Positions 1 through 57,084 of a DNA stretch of 64,000 bases are shown here, in pieces (positions within the stretch are counted from its first letter, which is position 1; every line of letters begins with the position of its first letter). The notes under the pieces were generated by a model that was not told where the DNA came from, searched no databases, and was given only the letters and a program-made list of their open reading frames with translations. The DNA is from Lingula anatina (taxonomy: Eukaryota; Animalia; Brachiopoda): assembly GCA_051362555.1 (NCBI GenBank), contig CM120640.1, positions 60,800,788 through 60,864,787 of the forward strand. The letters are read 5' to 3'. Position numbers and translations under genes: made by a program.

Positions 1-19
1 TCTAGTTTTATGTACTTAC

Positions 20-43878
<43,859 letters not shown>

Positions 43879-44084
43879 GGCCCTGGCTATCCTTTTCCAA
43901 TATTCAAATTATAGCAAACACTTTCCTAAATGATAGGGATTGCTAATCGTTAAAGTAGCTCCCAACTCCCTCTAGGCATGTATGATCCCAAGTCTCTCTT
44001 TTCAGACTTTTTCAAAGTTTTCTGCACTTGTGGGCTCTCTAACCTCTCTTCCGGAGCGTTCCTCCCTCAAATGCCCAACTGCTG

Positions 44085-44122
44085 CAACTGCCACCAATCA
44101 CAGTGTAGTCGACTTTAAAATA
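44085..44122 (-). promoter_or_regulatory. Possible fibrillin core promoter (TATA-like plus Inr-like)
   Basis: Minus-strand TATTTTAAAG ~30 nt before GCAGTT, ~210 nt upstream of the ATG in CpG-retaining DNA; motif match only. Confidence 0.25.
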
Positions 44123-45759
44123 CCGACTTGTCAGTCAAACAGAAAACACGTGTCGGGAGTTCTCAGACGCAAACCGTTTCCGTTAACCTGAACTCCCGCA
44201 ATGGCAACCCTTCTTTGATCCCAAAATGAGGGCCCCTGCTTTTATTGCACTTTCAAAAAGATTGATTAAATACCAACGAGGCCCCAGGAATTCGTTCGTG
44301 ATTATGCTTTTGTAATTTTACTCTAAAGCCTCGCAACTTTGTGAGAGGAAGAAGGGGGATTCGTGTTTCACAGCTCATTTATATAACGTGTTCGTCATCA
44401 TGCCCTGTTGGGACACAATGTGGATCAGTCATTTGAACAATTTTCTCAAACTTATTTAAAGACAATAATTGTCCAAGGTGTAATTTCTTACATCGTCAAT
44501 GTATTCAATCGTTCGTCTGTAATGTGTAAATCCCACGCACGTGTATATCGTCTTCTTTTCTTTCTTTTTCATTTTATCAAGTTTATGAATTGAGTTAATT
44601 CAGCGTTTTGGGCGGATGAAAAAATAATCGAGCTAATGTACACTTACATGTGAATGGGAAATTGGATATAATCCAGTCGTTCTGGAATATGTGAACGAAA
44701 ACGTGCTGTTTCAGAACCGTTTCGCAACCCCAGCATGACATGTCGCTATACCCGTTCAGCAAATCAACATCTTTACATTCTTCAAGCGTGCTAGGAATAT
44801 TTTGTTGACAATCTCCCGCGTGGAATGACTGTGTTTGTGCTATTTTATTTATCCTTTTTATTATCTCTAATCGCATTCCCATTTAAACTAAATACTAAAC
44901 ACCGAACATAAACCATATTTACAGCAAAAAACATTTTACTATTGACAATGATGGCTAGAAAATCGATTTTGATGTCATAGGAATTAGAAAAACCCTAAAT
45001 AAGTTTTTGAATAGTAAATGGTCGGCCTGGGAATGGTTATCACTGATATTGGTGGTACTTTATATTATGCCGTCAAACGTATTGCAGCATATTCAAAGTA
45101 AAAATTTTTGTGTATTGCCATTTAGTAAACCAAGGAAGGAATACCCACCTACGCTTAACTTACAGCATAGATTGCATTACAAGACCTGCATATTTGTGTC
45201 GTTGCTTGGCTAAAAGACAGTTATTCGTGTTATTCATAAAGTCAAAATTGCATATATGTAGCAAACATAGATATGTAAATGCATTAATATACTTTATCTA
45301 TCAGTGTATAGACAAAGGTGACATGGCCCTGGCTTTCGATGTGGAGTTAAAAAGAACTGATTTGCTGGAAAGACAGGGCGGAGGAGGAGCAAAATTTATG
45401 TCGCATTTTTGCCCTTACATTTAAGACGGGGGCACACCACTGGTATAGTGCTTTGTTTAAACTGCCGCTATAATGTGGCCCCAATACGGGCAACCTCACA
45501 GTTAATAATGACTTGGTTAAACTCAATCAATTCCAATTAATGTGTTTCGGAACAGGAAACAATCCGGTCTTACTAGTACTTCATTTTTTACGCTTATCGG
45601 TTTGTTATAGACAATTAATATCAGAACGTTTAAAATCTGTACAATCGATTGTTGATTACATTTTACTTAACTCAATTACATTATTTACCTACTTGATCCT
45701 ACAATATCAAAACCTTTAGCGCAAAAAGTTTGGTGTTATTAATGATATATATTACGTAA

Positions 45760-45765
45760 TGTATG

Positions 45766-45818
<53 letters not shown>
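45760..45818. repeat. (TA)n microsatellite
   Basis: Directly visible. Confidence 0.95.
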
Positions 45819-45821
<3 letters not shown>

Positions 45822-47204
45822 GCCTGTGCTATATAGGTACATCTGGGCTCTGTTTTGGGTTTGCATGAATAGGAGGAATACCCCATTACAAAATAGCTGG
45901 TTGATTTCTGTATAAATGTAAGTTGAGGCCTTATTTGATACTATTCAAACATATCATATTCATTACACAATTAACTTGTTTGTGGGCAGGTGCACCCGTA
46001 GAACGTGAACAGTATAGATTACAGGTTTTAGGTTTATGTTGTATATGTCATAATACCTAAGCATTTTATATGAAACTGGAGGGACCTCGATGACAGTCCT
46101 GAGGAACAGAGTTATCTTTGCATAAGTTCCTTTTACATTTTACTTATCGACTTAACACGAATATTTTGACTCCAGTGAACATGCCATAAGGTTTCAGCTC
46201 TTTGCTCGCCTTTGCTCTCTCTCTCTCTCTCTTTCTCTTTTGTTGAAATGTCTGCGCAATTAATGTCTAAATGCAAGAAACCATTTAAAATATGTTGGAC
46301 TAAAACCACTAAGTACATTTGGAAATACATTTCATCGCAGGACAGTTTGATATATTTCATCGCAGCGGAGGGTATACTAAAATCACATTAGAATAGTGGA
46401 CTCGGGAGCACTGCACACATTTGTAAACCACAAAATAATTTGCTGAAGTCTCCAATTCCCATAGGATTAATCAGATAATACTATTTTTATAATAAAAAAT
46501 GGTGTATAAGGGGCAGCAAAATCTGGTTACTTCCGCAACACTTTGATGAAAAATTGACTTAGTACTGGATTGTAGGGAATAACCGTCCAGGAAAATGGCA
46601 AGCGATAAACCAAAACCTCACAGGATTATTTGCAGTGGTAGAGCCTATTAGGCAAAGAAAAAAAGAAACAATCTTTTTTTAGGCGCGACTTCTACTTCAG
46701 ACCCTCGAATTTAGACAAAGGTAACATTAATATATATATATATATATAGGCCCATATGCGCATGCAATAAGAAGACTGCTGTAACAGTTTGAGATTTGAC
46801 ATTCACTCGTTTTATGGAAGCTCATTGGCATATCTAAAAAATTCTGAATACCGTGTCAGTTGATTATTAAAGATATTCTCATACATTGTTAAAAGGGGTA
46901 GGGGTTTATCTTTGGTGTGTATTTAATCAATATATTTCTAGATGCAGTACTTTTATTTTATCGTCATGACACGAATACTACACCGCTACCTCATTGTGAC
47001 AGAGAAGAGCAGCAATTCAGTCTGATAACAAATAACACAATGCGTCAACTGAAGACCCATGATTAGCGGCTTGGAGCGCATTTTCAGGTAGCACCTATCG
47101 CAGTGATATGCGCCTCCCATATTTTTCATACATTTTAATGTCTGTTTACCAGAAAAGTAAATTCATTACTTAGATATTTGTCCGGAAACCTAAAAAACAA
47201 TAAA

Positions 47205-47487
47205 AACTAGAAAAGCACTAAGAGAGCGCAGACCTCCTCCAGGCAGAAAAGTCTCCATCCAATGCCGTTTCACTCCTAAATTTTCGATATTTTTGATTAT
47301 TGATCATTGATTGATTATTGATCCGGATCACCACCAAAAACTTATCATCTGTTTCTTGGCCCACTTCTGACAGTTCCTGAAAATTTCATCAAAATCGGTC
47401 CATAACTTTTTGAGTTATGTTGATGACAGACAGACAGACAAACAAACAAACAGGCGTGAAAACCATAATCTCCTTGGCGGAGGTAAT
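47205..47487 (-). mobile_element. HINE/DINE-1-like non-autonomous Helentron
   Basis: Minus strand: ATTACCTCCGCCAAGGAG subTIR, (GTTT/GTCT)n microsatellite, 3' subTIR plus GCGCTCTCTTAGTGC hairpin, ends CTAGTT; T-rich target. Confidence 0.75.
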
Positions 47488-48172
47488 TAATATGCATGAA
47501 TTCTTAGTTTATCCAATAAAAATACATTTGCACTTTTTCATATGATGAGAAAAGATACAAATCAAGATATACTATTATATCTTATTTAAGGCACATCGAT
47601 TATAAATAAAAAGTTTGTGTTATAATAATTTCTTTTATTTCTGTCAGTCTGTGTCTTGGTTTGCGGGTAATTTGATGTCCCCTCCCCATTTTTTTTTTCG
47701 TCGCCGTAGTTTTCCGTTCGACAAGTGTACATCCACTTTGACCCACATGGGGCGAGTTTATTAAATTCGTTTGAAATATTAAAAAAAAGGCGTTTTATGT
47801 AGTTTGTAGATTCATTAAACAATCAAAGTGACAGCTGAGCATGACTTGGCCAGCATATGATGTTGTCACCAATCGTGTTTGCTAAGCTTCCGGAATCTTT
47901 CTTAAGCATGAGCCATCAAGACAACACCGACGCCGACCTACACGCTAGCTGGTTATTTTAAGTTTTGAATTTCCTTAACTTCACCATGGGTCGCAACAAG
48001 TTGTTCACGATATCGTATCTCAGATCAATGTTAGATAGCCACATTAACTGCCTTTCAAAAATCTTCAACTGGCTTGTGGAAACCTGTCAGGCAATGTGTC
48101 AAATACAATTATATACCATTCTAAGGCTGCAAAAGTATTTGAAAAGGAATAACAGAAGATAAAACCACAAAT

Positions 48173-48490
48173 TTATTATGTGCAGATGAAGCTGATCACG
48201 AAAACACTCAATTTACAATCGAAAATTATAACAAAAAACTTATATTTATTTTTTGATAAGTGTGATGACCCATTTCCGCCTTGTAGTGACTTCAAGTGCA
48301 ACTAAGAGCAACTGAGTTCAACCAAGTGCAAAATTATTATGTGCAGATGAAGCTGATCACGAAAACACTCAATTTACGATTGAAAATTATAAAAAAAACT
48401 TGAACTTATTTTTTGATTCATGGGATGACACAGTTTCCCGCCTTGTAGTGACTTCAAGTGCACTAAGAGCAACTGAGTTCAACTAAGTGT
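48173..48490. repeat. 161-bp tandem duplication
   Basis: ttattatgtgcagatgaagctgatcacgaaaacactc...aagagcaactgagttcaac x2. Confidence 0.9.
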
Positions 48491-48869
48491 ACTTAATTAG
48501 GATACTGCATTCTCACACTCATAATGCCACTATTTTTAATATCTATTGACAGTATATATTTCAGGTTTACCTTACTTCATCCATTTATCTGCCCGCCTGT
48601 CTGTGTTTTTATAATGGGCAGCACTTCATACAGTGTACATAGGCCCATACTTTTTAAAACACTGTGCAAGTGCCCATAATGTGCATTAGTTGAACTGACA
48701 TTTTGTTAAGTATCACTTCAGTACCAGATTTGTAAGAATTAGGAAAAACACAGGGCTAATGGAGCATGATCCCCTTAGATTTTGCTTTCCTTGTTCAAAC
48801 TGAGCAAGAAAGAATATCTGCGCATGTGCAGTCGGCTGCTTAAATCACGAACTCATCAGCTTTAAATTA

Positions 48870-50100
48870 ATCAAAATATTAAAATCTGAAGTTACGTACG
48901 TTTTCCTTCGATCCGATAAACTGTGCATCACACAAATGACATGTATTGTGCTCAGTATTTCTACTTCAATTATCAATTTTAACATTTTAAGATTTGAAAG
49001 ACACGGACATGAGAATAAGGAATACAACTTACGATACAACATGTACAAGCATTGGAAATGACGTTAATAAAGATTTTTAGTGTCATAAAAATGACGAAGT
49101 TTGAGAAAGTTTTGACAATAAACAGTGGAAGCTCCACACGATACTTATGCTGAGCAACTTCAAGACTTTCTTTTTACTGTATCCTACATACTGTATGCTT
49201 AATATAAATATTTTTTCTTTTTATTGTCAAGATTTGCTATAACTGCAAACGTTAAACTTCGTAACTCCATTGTGAAAGTGAAATCTGACCGCACATTCAT
49301 AAATGTCGCTGTAATTCCTGCAGAATTTATTACCGGCAAAATTTCAAAAAGTAACAAATCGTGGGTGCATTATCCATAAATATTTGGTTTAAAAATTTAC
49401 CTTAGCGCATATGATTATTTTATAATTATTCAAAATAACTATGTTTCCGAACTTTTTTTGGCCGAGTGTATATTGATAAAAAAATCCGAAGGAATAAAAC
49501 GTCCGATTGTACCCCTGTTTCCCCTACAAAACCTACCACAAGGACACTCAGAGAGTATATACCTCATTATTATTAATTGTTTGTCATTAATTCACAAATA
49601 AATCAATTTTAACTCAGTATTCATTTTTATCAATGATTTATTAATCAAATAATTAATCAGTTCAGAACTCTTTACTAGTTGACTGATTTATCAATTAACC
49701 AATCCCCACCATGCATCCCATTTCTGGCCTTTCCTGAACATTTCAAAATCTCTCCCTAAAATCTTTGTATAAAGTTGATTATAGGCATACAGGCAGATAA
49801 TTAGTCAGGTAATAGTTAACCATAGAACAATATTCGACATTTGGCAAATGTATTGCTGGTGCCGTTTCCCCTTTCAATCTCTTCACTTTCTGCAACATTA
49901 TTTGCATTCGTATAATGTCACAATTGTAATGGTTTTTGTCATTTTCACGCATTTCGTTAAATGTTTCAGTAATGGTCGGAATATGTGTTATACCGGCAAC
50001 ACGATGAATGGCGGAATGCCTGGCACTGCATTCCCTATTTCATTTTGTTTCCAGCGACCTAATTACGCCAACGATGTTGTTGTTTTTTGATATACAGTGG
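48870..50100 (-). pseudogene. Decayed partial copy A of the MFS transporter gene
   Basis: 48940-49040 matches the gene's C-terminus (~58045-58130). 49850-50010 matches 58686-58843 (cattttcacgcatttcgttaaatgtttcagtaat identical). It has indels, an internal deletion and inserted repeats. Confidence 0.8.
49530..49830 (-). mobile_element. Degenerate HINE copy inside pseudogene A
   Basis: cactcagagag end motif and internal similarity to 52548-53192. Confidence 0.5.
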
Positions 50101-52049
50101 AGTCTTCTTTAATTTTCACCATGGAAGTTGCATCATAACGGCATCTATAGACAAGGACTCTTAAAACAATTGATGCAGCGACAATTTTTGTCATAGCGTG
50201 AGTAAAAACATTTGCAGATATTGAGGGTTGAGTCGGTTTGACACGCTACGACATTTAACCGACATACCAACTTTCTTCCACTTTCTGACAGACACACCAA
50301 GTGATTCATCAGTTATGAAACTATACCAGTGATAAATTAGTTTTGATAAGAATTTTTGATAAGGCAAGAGGAAGACTTTGAGATCCCGTTGCGATACGCA
50401 GTGTAATAACAGTTATCGGTACATCTATGGACAAAATTACGAATTATGTCCAAGGTACATCTTAACAGCAAAACAATCTAGTTAAAAACATTTCAGAAGA
50501 TAAAACTGCATGAGCAATTTATCAAATGTTAAGTTATAAATAAAGCTGTCGCCTTTGTGTGTGTGTGTGTGTGTGTGTGTTATCTTTATTTTTTAAAAAA
50601 ATGAAAAAGTCAACATAGATTTAAAAGTTTCAATGCGTCTGTAACGAGAAAAGTAAGTTCGCAAAAAGTATATTTTAATAGGTCCGTTCTAAGAAAAAAC
50701 TTTAATATAAAGTTTTACCTTATTTTTACTGGCATATATTTTGCAACTGACTTTTGTGATAAGTGCAATGTTTGATATCTATTCACGGAATAAAAAAATT
50801 AGAATAAAAGCATGATAATTTACCCATCAAGTTTCTCTTGTAACGCGCACAAGAATGCCATTTGGGAAGTGGCAATAAAAACAGTCATGCAAACCTGTCA
50901 GATGGACCAGTCATATTGTATATTGATGTGTATATCAATCTTGTTGGCTGTTTGAAAATCCTAAAAGCCATTCTAGTGGCTCTTCGTGTATACACATACC
51001 AGTACCCGCGGAGGAAAGAACGGTATCACGAAACAGGCAGCGTCAGAAAATCAAATTACCAAGTTTTCGTACTAATGGAGTAAAAGGTGCGGACCAATTA
51101 GGCCTACTTACGCGGAGTCAAATTTTACGATATTTGAAGCCAAACACAATCTGCCCTTTGTATCTGCAATAAATTTTCTCAAATTGTTGCGACATGTCCC
51201 CAGATAGCGCTTTGAAAACCAAGACCCCAGTCGGATTATCAAAGATTTGAAGGACAATATATTTAATAATACGAGAGGTGATTGTCAAAGACAGACCTAC
51301 CCCTGGTAGGCTATTCTCTTTTTATTGGTCGGGCAAGATTTCTGTACTGAAGACCACTGTCAGCTTCACCTTGGACATAATAACGATCCACGATCCATAA
51401 TAACGAAGTCTTCACCTTTGTCCTTCTTGTCTCAATATTATAAGGGTAATCTACATGTGTCTATTAAATATTAGGGTGTTCTCTATTTATTGGTCTGGTT
51501 TGGTTTGTATGTTATATGTGGTCTTGACCTTTGACCTCCATATCAAAAGGTGTAATTTACATGTACATGTGAAAACAAGCATCCCTTCCAAATATTAGGC
51601 CCATACACCAAATCGTTCTCTGTTCATTGGTCAGACAAGAGCTGGTCACGGACCAGACAAACATGTGAAGAAAATTTTTAAAGGGAATAATATAAACTAA
51701 AACCACAAATTCATTGTGTACAGAAGAGGCTGATAGGAAACGCTCAATGTACAATTGGAAATTGTAATAAATTCTATAAGAAATTTATTTATTATTATTA
51801 TTTATTTTATTTTATTGGTTTTATTGGTTTTATTTTTCATTTCTTCATTATTATTATTGCTATTTTATAAGCGGGAAGGCCCATTATCGTCCTGTGGTCA
51901 CTTTCGGTGGAACTAAGTCTAACTAAGTGCAACCTACAGGGGTATTAGCATAGGTCTACTGTATTCTCACATTCATAGTGCTACTCCATTTATAAACAGT
52001 GCAATGAATATGCAACTTATTAATTGAAATTATGTTGAGCATTAATATA

Positions 52050-53570
52050 TTATCAAGACATTAAAATCTGAAGTTATGTAGGTTTTGTTTCGATCTGATA
52101 AACTTGTTCACCACGCATTATTTGACATTGTGCTCAGAATTTCTATTTTTAATGCCAGTTTTTACTATTTTAAAGATTTGAAAGACACGCTGTTGAGAAT
52201 AAAGAGAACAACTAACAGTGCAATCTAAAGCTGTAACGTCGCCCAGGACCCCCCCCCCCCCCCCCCCCCCCCCCAGCAACAACGCTCCCTGCAATATGGC
52301 GTACACACCGATAAAGAGCCCTTGGTCCTTTTCTTGGGTGACTTGAAAGAAAAGTGAGGCTTAGACTGCAGCCACAAACGGTAGCCCAAATAACTGAAAT
52401 ATCTGAACCGTAAATTCAACCAAAAAAAGTATAGAGATGCATAGGCTGCACGAAAAATATGGAGAACCAGACAAGCAGTGACATATAGTGCCAAAAAGAT
52501 GGTCTTTCCTGAACTTTCCTGTTTAATTATTTAACTATACCAAAACAAACCAGAAAACCACTCAGAGAGCGCAGACAGCATTTTCATTAATTATTATCAT
52601 AAATTTTAACTTATAAATCCATTTTAACCCAATTCTTATTTTCATCAATTATTTATTTATCAACTAATTAGCTAGTAGTCCGGGATCCCAGAGGGTAGAG
52701 CATGCCCGAAAAGATCACCAATTTTCTTGTACCTGGCAATGACTTATATGCTTACCTATATATATAAAAATGGTAGTCTGCCGTATTTCCAGTGGTGGGT
52801 GTGGTCAGGGGGTCCAAAACAAAGGCCCTCAAATCCAGCTAGCTGGATTTCTTTTTAGGAGAACCCTTAGAAACCTGTAGTTCGTTCTGTTTGTTTATCG
52901 ATTGATAAATAAATTAACCAATCACCGCCAAAATCTAACTCCTTTCTGACCTTTCTTGAAAATTTCAGGTAAGTTTCTCCATAACATTTTGCATTATATT
53001 AACAGGCAAACAAATGGCTATCTAGCTAATAATTAACCATTTATCAATTGATAGATCATCATCAAAATCTTATCGTTTCCTACCTGGGCCCCTTCTAGCT
53101 TGGAATTTCATGAAAATTAGCCCACAACTCTCATCATAATATTGCTAACAATCAAATGGAACCAAAAACATAACCTTCTTGGCGGAGGTAATGATAACTT
53201 CTACCCCTCTCAATAAAGACAATTAATTATTTTGAAAAAAAAATGGAACTGAAAACGTTCTTCAGTATATGGTGCTCCCAGTGTCTCCAAGGAAGTTTGG
53301 TAAAACAAAGTGAGAAACTGTGCCAATATGACTTTGGTTGTTTTCCTAAATCCTATTAGAATTTGACATTCTTAGAAATGTGTTGCTGTTTCCCCTTTTA
53401 ATATTCTCGCAACATCATTCGCATTCGTAATGTCATAACTGTTATTGTATCTTATATTTTTAAGTATTCCGTTAAATGTATCGAAACATGTGCGATGCCT
53501 GATGTAATGCCTGACACTGCAATCGATATTTAATTTTGTTTCCAGCGACCCCATTTCGCTCACGACGTTT
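52050..53570 (-). pseudogene. Decayed partial copy B of the MFS transporter gene
   Basis: 52290-52545 aligns to 58210-58480 and 53192-53330 to 58485-58620. It has frameshifts, a poly-C expansion and a HINE insertion; the N-terminal half is not recognisable. Confidence 0.85.
52548..53192 (-). mobile_element. HINE copy inserted in pseudogene B
   Basis: Ends aaccagaaaaccactcagagagcgcagac ... aacataaccttcttggcggaggtaat; flanks rejoin to the MFS coding sequence. Confidence 0.75.
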
Positions 53571-53776
53571 AATTTCTGTAAAACACACTGAAAGTTTTAT
53601 TTCGTATTTTTTAAATAAAAGATGGATCACTTAACATTTAATGTTAAGGCCTCGTATGCCACTGACACAATGACTATTTTGGCAACGTGTGAGCGAATGA
53701 TTTTTGGACAGTCATTGCGGCTCGTGTCACTTTGACCCGGTAGAACGTCACATGTACCCGACATTCTGACCTTCTA

Positions 53777-53913
53777 CCCTCTACCAGGGCCACAGATAGA
53801 TTTTTCACAAGATATTCACAGATATGTCTTTAGATAAATAGACGGTCATTTGTTTCTCTAGAAATGTGAAAAACGTGCCTACATTGTATAACATCTGCCA
53901 CCCTGGTAGAGAG
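53777..53913. mobile_element. TA-flanked MITE (Tc1/mariner-type target)
   Basis: TA|CCCTCTACCAGGG...CCCTGGTAGAGAG|TA; absent from the paralogous site near 50270. Confidence 0.75.
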
Positions 53914-55252
53914 TACTGAACTTCCACTTTCTGGCCCACAAAGTGATTCATCAGTTATGAAACTAATATGATAAACTGGTTGTTTGATAAGAAAAAAAAA
54001 CGTAGTTTAACAGGAGGCTTTTGAGATTCCATTGTGGTAAGCAGTGTAATAAAAATAATAGTCACATCTCATCAGCAAAAAAATCTAGTATCAAAAAGGC
54101 AACTTGGGCGCATCATCTCAAGGTAAATTTGCATGAAGCCATTTATCGAGTTTAAAGTATGAAACAAATCAGTGTTTGTTTTTTCTTCTGAAAAAAAACC
54201 CTTCAAAAGGCAATACATAGATTAAAATGATGGAACTGAAACCATAAAAGTCAGTTCACAAAGAGTATATTTTAATAGGTCTTTACTAAGAAAAAGACTT
54301 TTACCTTATTGTAACTTAATCCTGGCACATATTTAACACCACTCATTCGTGATTTATTGCAGTGCTTGATAACAACTCAAGAAATTAAAAATGAATATAA
54401 AAGCATGACTTGTCCTTCATTTCCACCTCACGTTTCTTGGTAAAGCGTTTTTTGGTTACATGTACTTCCCCATCACGCTTCTCTTGTAACGTGCATACAA
54501 GGATAAATGAACCATTTGCGGGGGGGGGGGGGGGGGGAGTGGAAATAAGAACAATTACGCAAAACTGTAAGAAGGACCAGGCGTATTGTATGTAAAAATA
54601 CAGTATGTAAATGTTTATAAACTGGTTTGCTGTTTGAAAGGTCCTAAAATCCATTCTTATAGCGTATCAGCAATTAATTTTCTCAAATTGTCGCGACGTG
54701 TCCCCAGATAGCAATGTGTCCAAATTGTATACAAGGGGGTTAAACTCCCAAGACTAAAGTACGCTGAGTTCAGTTGATTACCCAGACATTTTGTCTCTTT
54801 CACACAGAGTACACTTAAAAATATGTGAACCTAGCGCGGTAATAATTCGCTCTCTTCAATGGGGGAAATTGTGCATTTTGCAGATACTGTATTTTTAAGT
54901 CACAATTTCTTATCATGAGAGCATTCTTATCGAGAGGTAGCAACTAAATTAAAAAGTAAAAGTAATCAATTAATATCCCTGATAAAAGCGGCATCGGAGT
55001 GAAAAATTAAAATGTTTTAATTACTGATTGTTACTGTAATTAAGTTGTAAAACAGCTGATGGAATTTTTGAAACATTGAAACACTTAAATTGAAATTTAA
55101 CAAATAAGTTACTTGCGATTTGATTTTTCTTTCATATTCTGTGTAGTCAAAGTATTTGATTATAGAAAACTTCTAACACATTTCTAAAAAAACCCTATGG
55201 ATTACCTTCCAAACCATAAAAAACAGTTCATTTTAAAAAAGGAAAAGCGGGT

Positions 55253-55255
<3 letters not shown>

Positions 55256-55293
<38 letters not shown>

Positions 55294-55353
55294 TTATTTT
55301 TATTGTGTGTCTGTGTGTGTGAGTGTGTGTGTGAGTGTGTGTGTGTGTGTGTG
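55256..55353. repeat. (ATT)n plus (TG)n microsatellites
   Basis: Directly visible. Confidence 0.9.
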
Positions 55354-55409
55354 TCGAGGTAGGGGATAAAGGGCGTGCGAGGGATTCTCCCTCTCTGGCA
55401 ATTGTCAAT

Positions 55410-55915
55410 GCTTGGGAGCATCATCTCAAGACAAATTCACATGAAGCTATGTATCAAGTTTTAAGTTAGGAACAGAGCACTCGTCCTTAAGTGTTTTTTT
55501 TTCTGATAAAAAAAAAACTGTCAAAGGCAATGCATGTATTTCAACGATGTAATCAGAGCCAGTTCATAAAGGTTTAATAGGTCTAAACTAAGAACAAACT
55601 TTTCAGTTTTACCCTATTTTAACCAAATTCAAACTTAACTCCAGCACATATTTAACGGCTGGCTTTTGTGATACTGTTTTATATCTACTCACGAAATTAA
55701 GAATGAAAATAAAAGCATGATTTGTCCTTCGTTTCCACTTCACGCTTCTTGGTAAATCGTTTTTTTTTTCTACTTTCTTATCACATTTCTCTTGTAACGA
55801 GTACAAGAATATCCTTTTGGGAGCAGAAATTTAAACAATCAGTCAAAAGTGTAAGAAGGAGCAGCGATGTTGTATAATAATGCAAGTGTTTATTAATCGT
55901 GTTTGCCGTTTAAAA
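55410..55915. repeat. Third copy of the non-coding duplicated segment
   Basis: Aligns with 54100-54645 and 50500-50960 (tttaataggtc, taaaagcatga, tctcttgtaacg blocks). Confidence 0.8.
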
Positions 55916-56589
55916 AGTTAACTCCTACATTTATTTCAGTGCCGGCGCGCAATGTATGAAAAAGGCGGTGTGGCTTGCATTGTTTTTTACACCATGTTAC
56001 ATGTACCAGGCACTGTAAACAATGAGCAGACAGTAGGTCTAAATAAAGATGTTAAGTGGAGTTGATGGTGAGCCTTTCGATGCACACTAAACTCGGGGCA
56101 TAAGTAAACTCAACAACTGTGTTATATTTTAATGATGACATTTGAGACGAAGAAAGCCAAGATATGTAGTTACCCGGTGCACATGTCATTTTAAGTGTAG
56201 TGTGTGTGAAAGAGACAAAATGTCGATAGACTCAAACTAGGATCCACATTATGTTGGGACCTAGGGCTCATTCCCAATGAAAGTACTGTTCTACGTAGAT
56301 CGATCCAACCCCCTGAGACTCTCGCTGAATGCAATCGCATTAACAGATTAACAAGCCTCCTCTTATTTCCAACTACTCGTGTAATCACCAGCTTTTCTGT
56401 ATTCTACTTAACGCTAAAAGGAATGCTCAACAGATGAAGTAATGAACACAAATAAAATGCAGGTATAAAGTTGCCCAATTTTCCGATCTAGTTCACCTGT
56501 TGACAGGCCAACTAGACCTGTGTAGGAGGGCTACTTAACGATATGATCACAAGCGATCCAGGTACATGAAGGTGAGATCTTTTGATGCC

Positions 56590-56662
56590 TTTTGCAAATA
56601 AGAGGCGCATTGACAGGTTTCTAAAGTTTAGAAACCTGTCAATGCGCCTCTTATTTGCAAAA
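56590..56662. repeat. Perfect palindrome, 36-bp arms with 1-nt spacer
   Basis: ttttgcaaataagaggcgcattgacaggtttctaaa-g-tttagaaacctgtcaatgcgcctcttatttgcaaaa. Confidence 0.97.
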
Positions 56663-57084
56663 TAAAAATAAAAAGAAAGACATACTTGAAGCTAGAAAAT
56701 GAAAATTTATTGCGTACACATGAGAAAGATTATTAAAATATCATTTCAAATCGCAAATTATAATGCAAATAAAATGGAACCGTAGATCAAAAGAAAACGC
56801 CATGCATATAATATTTTGACTAACAGGACAACTATTTTCGCCCTGTAATGACTAGGTGCAAAAATGTGCTTATTGCCATACTGCATCCTCCCATTCATTG
56901 GAAAAGATAAAAATAAAACGATATGTTCAACAGATGTCCTGATTGCCGTACTGCATCCTCGCACTCATTACAGAAGATATATATATATATAAGTTTCAGG
57001 GTGCTAACTCTGAACCTCGTTGTAATAAAAGCGGGCTAGAGGACACTTCAATAAAATTCCAATAAATTTCCATTAAGTATTATA

